Shown: positions 53,216-64,000 of the stretch, in pieces
How the letters are laid out: every line of letters starts with the position of its first letter
Position numbering within the stretch: the first letter of the stretch is position 1
Assembly (NCBI GenBank): GCA_951406725.2
Contig: OX597832.1
Coordinates: 66,774,001-66,838,000 of the forward strand
Reading direction: 5' to 3'
Origin: Octopus vulgaris
Taxonomy: Eukaryota
Length of the DNA: 64,000 nucleotides
Position numbers and translations under genes: made by a program
The notes under the pieces: model-generated
What the model was told of the DNA's origin: nothing
Seen by the model: only the letters and a program-made list of their open reading frames with translations
Databases searched by the model: none

Positions 53216-53572
53216 CGTTATGTTTATACACGTACAGATTCGAGGTATATCTTATCTCTGTTTTTTAATGCTTACATCAATAGTATACTATCAACTATTT
53301 TTGTTACGATTTTACGATCTGTTAACTTTAGAGTCCTGGTCTGCCTTTACTTGTGGATGTATATGCATGTGTGTGTTTGTGTGTGTGTGTGTGTGTGCGT
53401 GTGTGTGTGTGTGTGTGAGTTTGTGTTCGTATACTTGTGTTTCTTACGTCTTGTCTTTTATTACCTTTTTTGTTTCCAGAGGCAATCTCGCTTAATCAAT
53501 TTCACAATGCTTCACGAAACACTGGCGCACGCACACACACGCATATATATGTATGCATGTATGCATGTATAA

Positions 53573-53609
<37 letters not shown>

Positions 53610-54296
53610 CGTGTGTGTGTATGTGTGTGTATTTATGTATGTATATGTATATGCCTATATATGCATGTATATACAAGTATATCTTTTTGCGTATATGATG
53701 AGGTAGCAACATAGATCATTTTAATTAGGTTCATTGAATACAAATCGAATTAGTAATACCTGAAAGGTCAATGGTCAAGGAAACAGATGAAATAAAATAT
53801 AATAAATATATAAAGAGATAAATATATAAATAAATTCGTACACTTGATACAGGAAAGCCGAATAGGATATTGGAAAAAGACTTATTTTCGTTTTTGCTTT
53901 TCTTATTTTTCAGGGCGCGTGTGTTGTAGCTGATTTTTTTTTCTTGGAGAGAAAGAGAAAAAAAGGTTTTATTATACAGCTTTTGAGGCATTGATTTTGA
54001 ATGAAAACTCTACTACAAATGAAGTATAAACATCTTACGGAGCACATGATTTAATATGACATATATTTAACACCAGTTTCCACTATAGTTAATAAAATCT
54101 GAGACAATTCTGTCGCTGTATTAATTTGTACGTCGATTGATTCAATCTAGCTGAAATGCTGAAAGCTAATGTTACAACTACTCCAATCGGAGACGTTCGA
54201 ATTAAATGCTCTACTCCTGATTACTACGCTAGACCTCTCAATCATATGCTCGGCTTTCATAAACTCGACCAGCAGGAACGATATGTCACTCAATGT

Positions 54297-54352
<56 letters not shown>

Positions 54353-54559
54353 ACAGATGCTGCGACGAGTAAATTGTCGCCATTCTATATTTTTTATTTC
54401 GCGCATAGTTTGAATTTGATTTTGTCAGTACTGTAGGGTCAGTTATGCATCGTCTGTGAGAATAACATCACCATGACGCATTTCACTCTGACTGGAATTT
54501 GGAAACGACATACTACATTGCTTGGCATTCGTACTGGAAGCTTCAGTACTAACAGATGG

Positions 54560-55200
54560 GGAACACACAGATCAACCGTTAGCTTGTATCAAGAGTGATA
54601 GAAATCAAACATCCAATCAACATCGTGGTGTTTGGAGAGATCACTAGTGATGGCGAATTTATGCTTCTATTCATCTTTCCACGTGGCCTCAAACTCAATA
54701 TGGAGGCTTTAAATCAAGTGGCTGGATGAGGTAGTGCTGACCTGGGTGAAGACGGTGGTGGCTGCTGGAAGACACTACGTTTGACAACAGTACTCTGCAC
54801 CATATAACACAAGCAGGAGAACCTTGTCATGTCTGTCAGACAATTTCTGCGGCCACATCAGCCCCAACATCTGGTGATCTAAGTCAGATTGCGAGCCCTC
54901 CCCCCCTGATTATTGTGTGGGCGCATTTGAGCAAAACTCCTTGTAAAACTAAAGATGAACTGAAGGCAAGAATTATGACAATATTCACTAGCTTAAACAA
55001 GGACACCATCCAGAAATATTGCAAGTTATTATGAAGTCGTCTGAAGTTGAATCCAATAGCGGTTTTATTGAATAAATTTACTCTTTACTATTTCAAGATA
55101 TATTTATGTAATTTTTGTAAATATATTTTAATATGAGTGGTTAGTGTTAAAATGAGATGTCATTTTCCCGCAATTCAGACAACAATTTATTCACTCAGGA
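54560..55200 (+). pseudogene. Tc1/mariner-superfamily (maT-like) transposase relic
   Basis: KHPINIVVFGEITSDGEFMLLFIFPRGLKLN, LDEVVLTWVK and YV*QQYSAPYNTSRRT. Confidence 0.7.
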
Positions 55201-56830
55201 ATGATCCTGTCTTTTGAACGGAATCCAAGTACAGAAGATACAAGAACACAGGAACCACGTTGATTTTTCGTGTGTTGGATGTCGAACATTATTCCAATTC
55301 ACTGAAGTAACTGGCACAAACAAATGCCTCGATGAAATTTCAAAGGTAATGATTGTAAAAAGAAATAATAATAAGTTGAAGTAATTAAAATGGCGTCCTG
55401 CTGAGTCACAGATACAAATCTTTGCGATAATAAAGTAAAAGACTTTGAAATTTCATTCGCGTTGTCATAGCATTTTGTTTTGTTTGTGTGTACACTGGTA
55501 ACTCATATTTACTGATTCGTAAATGTTTCGTAAATGTTCCATTATTCTGTTCTCATGCTCACGTTGATTCCGATGAAGTAATATGTGTTACTGGTGTTTT
55601 ATTTGAGAATATCTAATGCAATTGATTCCATTCGGAGATTATACTACAAGTGGTTTGTATAATTCTAGTTGCGCGAGAAATCAAAAATGCGAAGCCAAAG
55701 TTTTTCCACTTGACAAATAAAGTTCATTTCCTCATTTTCGTTGCCGTAAAAGGTTTGCCTTTTGGTGCATATATAAAATCAAAATCCACGCAAAGCTGAA
55801 AAATGTTTTTAATAAATAAAGACCAATTCTTTAGATTCGTACTTTTGAACTAATCTCATTCACGTGTAAAATACCAAACTCCACCATATCTTTTAATTCG
55901 TTGTTTACTATATTTTTCTGCACTCGATACCATTTTCTTATCATATGGTGAAAACAATTACTTCCTTTGGTAAACAAGCATTAATTTTTAATCCAACGAA
56001 TCTAAATCCAAAGAGATTTAATTACACAAAGAGAATTAATTACATTTAATTAATACATATAGATATGTTAATTTGACAGCTATATCTCGTATTTGCAAAA
56101 TTCATTTGATAGAAAGTATACAGACTCACAATACACTGCTTACAGAAATTTCATAATAATTTAGCATAAATTCCAGAGTTTTTTGCCATTATACGGCAGT
56201 TTTTTAGATTGCTCATATATATATGTACAGTACACACTGTTTATTATTTTTCTCTTGTGCTGTTCCATATTTCAGATATTAAGAAGACTATATCTTCCGT
56301 TCAATTATAAACTATTGGAAGAATTCATGAGTATAGAGTGAATGAACTCAATCTCGCAACTTTAATTTTTAGTGCGCAAAAAGAAAAAAAAAAAAAAAAG
56401 GACCCACAAAAGCTAGTAAATGATTTCATATTTACCTCTTTGAACATATGAACTTTTTAACATAGATTTCGTTTTAATACCAAATACAAAAAGTAACAAA
56501 AGGGAAAAAATAACAGAAAGAAAATCGTATAAAAGATAAGAGAGAAAATACAGTTCGAAAGATGTAAATGCAAATAGGACGTTGGAATTGGTAAATTAAA
56601 ATTGGATTAAAGAGATAAAAAAGAAAAAATTCTTCGTCTCTGGCACATAAAAAAAGTATTTCCTTTAAATAAGCCTTTTCATATTCAAATGTAATTTTAT
56701 TTTTTTGTCATTTCTGTTTCTCAACGTCTATGGATTCGCTTTTTTAAAAGATGTAGTTTATTTTTTTAATTTATTGTTCTTATTTATTATTATCATCATC
56801 ATAATTTTATTATTATTATTATTATTATTA

Positions 56831-56900
<70 letters not shown>

Positions 56901-58708
56901 GTTCATGACAGCATCTATTTCTGGTTTTCGCTTTCGTAAAATATTCTTAAATGATATGACTGACAAGCATAGATTAGAAAAATCTCTTGCTGCTTCCACG
57001 ACTTAGTTGACTTGATATGCGTGAAATATGCTTACGTCACACAGAACAATACTTTGTTCAATAACAGATTTGAAATAGCACGAAAACAATTTCGGATTTA
57101 CTTCAAAAATTATTTCTTTTTTAATGAAATTATAAAAAGACGAGCAAACCATATCAGAAAAAAAAATTCTCAGTTCATATTATTTTCAGAACGTTTGATT
57201 ATTTGTTATACAAAACTGGATAGGTTTGGCGCTTAACATGGGACTTCAGCGGTTTTACAACTGACTGGTGTGTTATTAAATTGAAGAGTGTCACGTCTAT
57301 CTAAGACAAACCCACCTGTACTTGGAACCGATTTGTGATAATAATTTTTACTGTTGATGTTCTTTGGTCGGAATACATATCCATTATTTTCACGAGCATC
57401 CCAGCTTTACTTTTTGATATGAAAGAGTAGATGATACAATATGTAATTTTTTTCTCTTGAAATGACTGGTTTATAACTCAAAAGCGATAAGTCTGCTGCT
57501 TCTAGAATGGTGAGCGAAAACATCAAATCACTGCCGTTTGCCTCTCCCACTCGCTAACACTTGATCCGTTTTGGCTCCTCACTCGCTTGGTTCATGCCCT
57601 TGCTGGCTCGTATAAGATCCGGTTCTTGTTGCTTTTGTTGCTCCGTAGTTTCATGTCATTTCAGATTAAATAAATATATGGTCAAAAGTGGATTGGAGAC
57701 ATAACAGTCTTGTTTAATTACTTTTCCTTTCTACAGAATATTATCAACTATCAAATTCTTCTGCCTTACAGGCTCAATGAAACGTCATAAATATTAACTG
57801 CTATTTTCAGCAGATCGAGTGAACACTTAAGAGGTTTGGTGAATGAGAAAAGTGAGATAAATAATGCAAGTACTAAGGAAACTGCTCAAAGAAGTTCTAC
57901 CTTTTCTGTTAAAAAAATCGAGTAGAAGAACAGTTTGTATTTGCACTGAGTTGAAACACCGCGGACGTAACATTCTAACACTTCCGTATATGTCAATAAG
58001 TGGTAATCTAATATAATGACCACTTCATCGCTTTTTCATTCCCACTTAGTTTCTTCTCCACTTGCTATCTCACTATCTCTGTCTGTCTGTCTGTCTGTCA
58101 TTCTCTCTCTCTCTCTATCTCTCTCCTTTCATTGCTTCTTAATGTAACAGACCACCGGTTTCGCTTCCATTTACCATACAGACATTTTCTTATCTCTGCC
58201 TCCTCTTACAGACTCACCTCTTCAATTTCGAATCCCTTCCCCCATTACACTTCCTGTCTTATACTTCATCTTGCAACTGAACTCCTAAAACCTCCCTGCA
58301 AGCCTCCCTAATCCGCTTACATTCTCCCTCTTCTTCTCTTTCTTACCTTTCTCCTGCTTCACCTATTAAGCCCTGAAATCTCACACTATGTAAACTGATA
58401 TTGTTAATTTTTTTCCTGATGACGATAGCGGCTCTTATGGTAATACATACATAGAAACATTTACTGGTTGCATATCCCTGACGATTTGTACATTCCAACT
58501 TCTCATTTTGAACAAAACAATTATTATGTAATTCCGAGCTTCCAGAAGCAGAACTCAAGCGGAAAAAAATATGCATCCTTTCACCCGTAGTACTTTTTCT
58601 GCTGCCTAAATTTATATCCCTCTTTTTCTCTTCCTCTCAATGTATATAAATATACATACACACACACACACACACACGCACACACATATATATGCATATA
58701 TACATACA

Positions 58709-58803
<95 letters not shown>

Positions 58804-58814
58804 AATGTAGGACC

Positions 58815-58860
<46 letters not shown>

Positions 58861-59094
58861 AAAATGTAAAAATTTTTTTCCCAAAAAAATTTTATCAATG
58901 GCCAGCATATTAAAAAAATACCTTTAAAGGTTAAATTCATAAACAATTCATAAATAAGAGCAAACGAAAACATTTTCAATGCCAAATATGCCGAAAAGTT
59001 TGACATATTGTCCATTAACCATTAATTTTTTCACAATCCGCACGCTACTCGAAAAAAGGTCGACAGAAATTTCTAAAAAATTCCATTATTACCA

Positions 59095-59147
59095 TATCGG
59101 ACCGATTTCAGGGTTAGCTTATAACAGCCCTCCCTTCGTCAGTGATA
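59095..59147 (-). ncRNA. Type-I hammerhead motif in a short (TA)n-flanked element (~58860-59200)
   Basis: Minus strand: TATCA-CTGACGA-AGGG agg GCT gttata AGC taa CCCT-GAAAT CG GT C-CGATA. Confidence 0.6.
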
Positions 59148-59219
59148 CATGTGGCAAAATAAATAAATGACATACTTACGTTTGCCCTTATTTATGAATA
59201 TATAATTATATATATATGA

Positions 59220-61035
59220 AAAAACAAGTCAAGATAGAAAATGCTAAGATAATTTTATAGAGAATATTTCAGTACCGGTTTTGGTCATTTGAGACCTTTT
59301 CAACTGTAACAATTAAATAATTAAATTTAGAAAAATTAAAAGAAAAGGTTTTTAAATGAATATTTGTATAGTGTTCAAATATCAGTGGCATTTTCCTTGT
59401 TTTTGCCTTTCTCTGTCTCTCTTGTTTACTCTTGTGGGGTCAAAGTCGTTGTGAATTCTTGGTAGAGAAGAAGAAGAAGAAGGAGGAGGAGGAGGGGGAG
59501 GGGGAGAAGGGGAGGAAGAATTTGGGATTGCCTTGATTGTCGTTGGTCAGTGGTTGCTAGCAGTTCCTGCTGTTCAATTCATGAAAATATTTCTATTGAA
59601 AGGTTTATTTATAGAATTTGCGTAGGTGTTATACTGAAAAACTTGAGTGATAAACTTAGGAAGAAGAGGGGGCGAAGAAAAAGAAGAAGAAGAAAAAGAA
59701 GAAGAAGAAGAAGAAGAAGAAGAAGAAGAAGAAGAAGAAGAAGAAGAAGAAGAAGAAGAAGAAGGGAGTATATGAATGCGCGGAAGTAGTGGGATGTTGG
59801 ATGACTTAACGTTGGCACGTTTTGGGTTATAGCTGTGATTGGGGCTTATTTTTAATGGATTCTTAGGAATGTAATATTTGCGTGTTGATTTGTGTTATTC
59901 TAAAGCCGAGGTGGATATATCGTTTGTCGTAGATGAGTTCAGAAGGGGCCTGCATTTTGTAATAAAGAGAGTTTCTTTACTTATTCGTTGCCTCCAGGTT
60001 GTATCGTCCCTGAATTGGTAGAGGGGGAAAATCCTCAAGCTTGGAGTTTTGTTGTGTGCGCAAATATGTACGTGTTGGCTGAATGCTATTTTTCTGTTTT
60101 GGGGAATTTTTATCTGGGATCTGTGCAGGGCCATTCTTTTACATAAACTATTTTTGGTTTGGCCTATGTATTGCTCTTGACACCCAGAGCAGGTTAGTGT
60201 GTATATCAGGTTCTCCGAAGCACATGTGAAGTTGATTTTCACTGTGAATCGTTGTCCCTGTTTGAAGGAGAACTCTGATCCCTCAATTAGATAATCGCAT
60301 ATCCCACAATTGGGTCTTCCATATTTTTTTACTGTCGGCTTCTGTGTTGATGAGCGTATTCGGGCTTGTGTTAGGAGAGTTTTCATAGATTTGGGCTGTC
60401 TCTTGCTTTTTATCATCGTGTGTGTTTGGAGGATTAAGTTCATTCTGTGGTCTTTCTTTAGCAGGGGTATGTTTTGGAGGATGGTGTCGAAGGCTTCATT
60501 GTTGAGAGGGTTGTGTGTGGAGATGTATGGTAAGGCTTTTGGTCGTAAATTTTTCTTTAATTTGGGATGTCTGAGTTCCTGGATGTTGAGTTGAATGCAT
60601 ATGTCAATTAGTGAAGGTAGGTAGTTCCTGGTGATGAGGGTATCTTTTAGTTCATGTAGTCGTGTGTCTCTGGTGTTTGCATTAGAAACTATAGTACATA
60701 TCCTTTTTGATAGATTGAAGGGGATATTCATTCTGGTGTGTCTTGGGTGGCATGAATTGAATGGGAGATATTGCTTGGAATCCGTAGGCTTGTTGTATAT
60801 ATCTGTTTCTATTACATTATTAGATTTCTTAATGAGGATGTCGAGGAAGGGGAGTTGTTGCTGGCTATATTCCATCGTGAACTGGATGTTTACGGCCAGT
60901 CCATTTAGAATTGCTTGGAATCCTTTGAGTTTCTCTATATTTTCATGCCAAAGAATGAAACAGTCATATAGAGTCATCTAGGTATCTCTTCCAGTTGTTT
61001 TCTATGTAGAGGGAGAAAGGGCTGTCATATCTTTC
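59220..61035 (-). mobile_element. 5'-truncated Penelope-like (Neptune-type) element with (AAG)n expansion in its 3' region
   Basis: RT C-terminus and GIY-YIG ORF, a downstream HHR-like motif at 59268-59308 (CAG-TTGAAAA-GGTC tcaaat GACC-AAAAC CG GT A-CTG), and TA-repeat flanks. Confidence 0.88.
59895..61030 (-). pseudogene. Penelope-like RT thumb + GIY-YIG endonuclease fragment
   Basis: WKRYLDD (~60975-60995) is followed by a frameshifting insertion. Then LPFLDIL, SCHPRHT, GRPNCGIC and NLIYTLTCSGCQEQYIGQT. Homologous to 4271-5308. Confidence 0.9.
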
Positions 61036-61231
61036 TCTATATATATACATGCATATACGGGTACATGACTAAAAAAACTTACACAACATAGAAAACGGGA
61101 ATATGAAATACAAAAAGATGGAAAACGAACTTTTTCATGCGAACAATGAAAGAAAGAAATAGAGAAACAATCCCTTCATCAGTTGTCCACTGTTTTATCT
61201 AGTCCGCATCTTGAGCACTAGGACAAGATGC

Positions 61232-61267
<36 letters not shown>

Positions 61268-61464
61268 GCATACATAGATTTACACACACTCACGCACAGA
61301 CAGACACAGATACATACACACATATATTAGTGACAGCTATTCTCTGTACAGGATACACTGCGAAGTGCTCAGGAGAATTGAACTTGAGAAGGTAGAGGAT
61401 AAGTTAGGCAAGTCGATGTATGAAAAGATATTAAACACATCTTATACAAAGAATGTACATAGAA

Positions 61465-61800
61465 GAGTGATGATTTCAGGAATTAAAAGAGTTTAATAAG
61501 AATTTTACGAGTTCAACAGCTGATTGTGGGTGTTTAATGGTCTAAAATAATGACTGTAACGTGATTCAAGCATCAAATAACACTAACCTTCGACCACAAG
61601 CAAGAATTTTACATATGAGGTGTTGACGGAATGGAGTTTAAAGATGGAATGTTCTGTCAACACCTCAAATGTAAAATTCTTCTCTGAAGACGGAGGATGA
61701 TGTAATCAAGTTACAATCATCATCTTGGGCCATGAAGCACACTGAAGCAACTGTTAGACTCGTAAATGTCTTATTCCTGATATCAACTGTACACTGTAAG
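61465..61800. repeat. Old foldback/MITE-like inverted repeat
   Basis: Inner stem AAGAATTTTACAT.TGAGGTGTTGAC.GAA / TTCTGTCAACACCTCA.ATGTAAAATTCTT (61603-61682). The outer arms are diverged but traceable. Confidence 0.65.
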
Positions 61801-62066
61801 TCACACCATTTCTTTTATATGTAAACATACATTTTTTTATGACAAATGTATTCAATATCTTTTGTATATCGACTTGCCTAACTTGTTTGTCCTTACATTC
61901 ACACACACACGCTGGATTGGCTGTATGGTAACAAGCTTGCTTCCCAATCACATAATTCTGTTTCGTCGCACCGCGTGGCAAATTCGATTGGTATGTTTTA
62001 CTATTGCCTCGGGCCAGCCAAAGTTCTTTGAGTAGATTTCGTAGAAGGAAACAGAAATATGCCCGT

Positions 62067-62113
<47 letters not shown>

Positions 62114-62115
<2 letters not shown>

Positions 62116-62908
62116 AGCAATAAAGGGTTTGGCAACGAATTGCCTTACCACATACCGAATTTAGAAATAGCAGTCAAAGAGTTATAGCTATTTCTTCTAC
62201 TAAAAAGGGAGATCTCAGTAAAAACAGCAATTGTAAGGCAGACACAAACAGGTAAGAGAGAATGAATTGACGGCAATCTATCATACAATTTTAAGTTATC
62301 TACGGACGTACGTTTCGAAATCAAGTTTTTAGGAAAGTATAAGAATTAAATATTAAATAATTCTATCTTACCAAGAACTTCTTTTCTCTTCAGCGTAGAA
62401 TACTATAATCATAAATGATTATATATTGAATTTTGAGATACTAGAAGGCATCATCTCAACTCAGTATCAGAGATGATGCCTTCTAGTATCTCAAAATTCA
62501 ATATATAATCATTTATGATTATAGTATTCTACGCTGAGAAAAGAAGTTCTTGGTAAGATAGAATTATTTAATATTTAATTCTTATACTTTCTAAAAACTT
62601 GATTTCGAAACGTACGTCCGTAGATAACTTAAAATTGTATGATAGATTGCCGTCAATTCATTCTCTCTTACCTGTTTGTGTCTGCCTTACAATTGCTGTT
62701 TTTACTGAGATCTCCCTTTTAGTAGAAGAAATAGCTATAACTCTTTGACTACTATTTCTAAATTCGGTATGTGGTAAGGCAATTCGTTGCCAAACCCTTT
62801 ATTGCTTAGTATTACTTAAATTTTCCTCGAATGAGGCTTTTACATGCCGAAGACTACTTGGTGTAATTGATAATTATTCCAAATTAATTAATTTCACCCT
62901 TCATTATT

Positions 62909-62912
<4 letters not shown>
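62114..62912. mobile_element. Hammerhead-bearing element forming a ~340-bp near-perfect inverted repeat
   Basis: 62114-62457 versus 62470-62808 with a 12-nt spacer. It is related to the 5762-6601 family (CATACCGAA..TTAGAAATAGCAGTCA). Confidence 0.9.
62299..62399 (-). ncRNA. Type-I hammerhead ribozyme with extended stem II
   Basis: Minus strand: TCTACG-CTGAAGA-[GAAA..AAGTT..AGAATTA loop TAATTCT..AACTT..TTTC]-GAAAC GTAC GT C-CGTAGA. The plus-strand twin (62528-62624) has a 3-nt deletion in the core. Confidence 0.78.
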
Positions 62913-62952
<40 letters not shown>

Positions 62953-63174
62953 GAGTGTGTTTGTGTTGTCCCCAACCATCGCCTGACAACAAATGTGGAT
63001 GTATTTACGTCCTTACAACTTAGCAGTTCGTCATAAGAGCTCGAGAGAATACGTGGCTTAAAAAGAATGACACCTGGACTCAATTTCTTTGGTAAAAACA
63101 GCCTTTAATTTAGTGCACTCGAATGGTCGCAGTCAAGTGACTGAAACATGTAAAAGAATAAAAGAATAAAAGAT

Positions 63175-63207
<33 letters not shown>

Positions 63208-63208
<1 letters not shown>

Positions 63209-63380
63209 GGGAGAGTTCACGAAAAAAAAACAACAAAAGTCGAAGGCAGGTGGTGTATAAAACAAACAGATATATTAGTATAATGCTCAGGAAATTGAAA
63301 AAGTCTTTTATGTTTCGAGTCTATGCTCTTCTACAGAAAGGGACACAGAACAAAACAAGGAGAGAAACAAGACACACAAC
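63208..63380 (-). mobile_element. Short element with degenerate hammerhead-like motif (19540/27653 family)
   Basis: Minus strand: CTGTAGA-A-GAGC atag ACTC-GAAACATAAAAGAC. Confidence 0.6.
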
Positions 63381-64000
63381 AAACCTAATGGCATATATCT
63401 GTATCACTATCTGTGTTTCTCTAACTTTCTCTCTCACTGTATGCATATATGTGTGTGCGTGTTTGTTTGCTTGTATGTATGTGAGTACGTATTTGAAAAA
63501 TCGTTTGATCACATCTGAGGAAAGAAATGTTTGGCCCTATTTAAAAAAGTTACAGACCACGTAGTGGAAGGAGAATTATTATAACTACATGTAATACCAC
63601 TTAATCCATGTAATACCACTTAATCCGAAACATCAGTGAAGATCATTTTACAAACAGCAATCCTTGACTTTTGTTGCAGCTTCTAGGATGGCAACCGACA
63701 TTGAAGATGCAGACTGTAGACTAGTTTAAATCTAGAATAATACGGTGTGTATGATGCACTGGCATTTATGAATATCTTGTGAGAATTGGGAAATTCTATC
63801 GACTGAAAGGCAGATGTCAGTGTAAATTTAATTCTACTAATAATTTACTTCTCAGGAGAAACACTTGTTTTATGTTAAACTCGACATTATGATATACTGT
63901 TTCAGCTACTTTTGTAATATCGGTACAAGCTACAAATTTAGAACTAAGTTTGGCGATAATACAGTTTTTATTAAAATGATGATGATTGGCTAATTTAATA

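Larger units (their letters stand above)
61910..63173 (+). mobile_element. SINE with internal (TA)n/(TG)n tract, split by the 62114-62912 insertion
   Basis: Head at 61910-62068. The body and tail at 62950-63173 end ATGGTCGCAGTCAAGTGACTGAAACATG(TAAAAGAA)n. Confidence 0.6.

Noticed and set aside
63588-63626. 19-bp tandem duplication (similar small ones at ~254-276 and 50413-50465)
   Set aside because: Ordinary slippage or repair duplications with no further structure.

Overview
AT-rich animal DNA packed with microsatellites and transposon remnants. The SINE families look like those of coleoid cephalopods (Octopus); this is inference. No host protein-coding gene can be supported, and most ORF-track entries are microsatellite translations. 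Recognisable elements: two Penelope-like (Neptune-type, RT+GIY-YIG) retroelements, a near-full-length decayed CR1/L2-group LINE, an ORF1-only L1/Tx1-like element plus a divergent relative, RTE remnants, mariner and maT-like transposase relics, non-autonomous Helitrons, foldbacks and many tRNA-derived SINEs. The main observation is about 20 type-I hammerhead ribozyme (HHR) motifs, intact or degenerate, in several distinct non-coding elements that mostly sit in (TA)n tracts. The best case is a near-identical head-to-tail array of a highly self-complementary 364-bp unit (16600-18668) with one U3-A8 variant hammerhead per unit. It is a candidate retrozyme or circular-RNA system, plausibly mobilised by Penelope-like enzymes.
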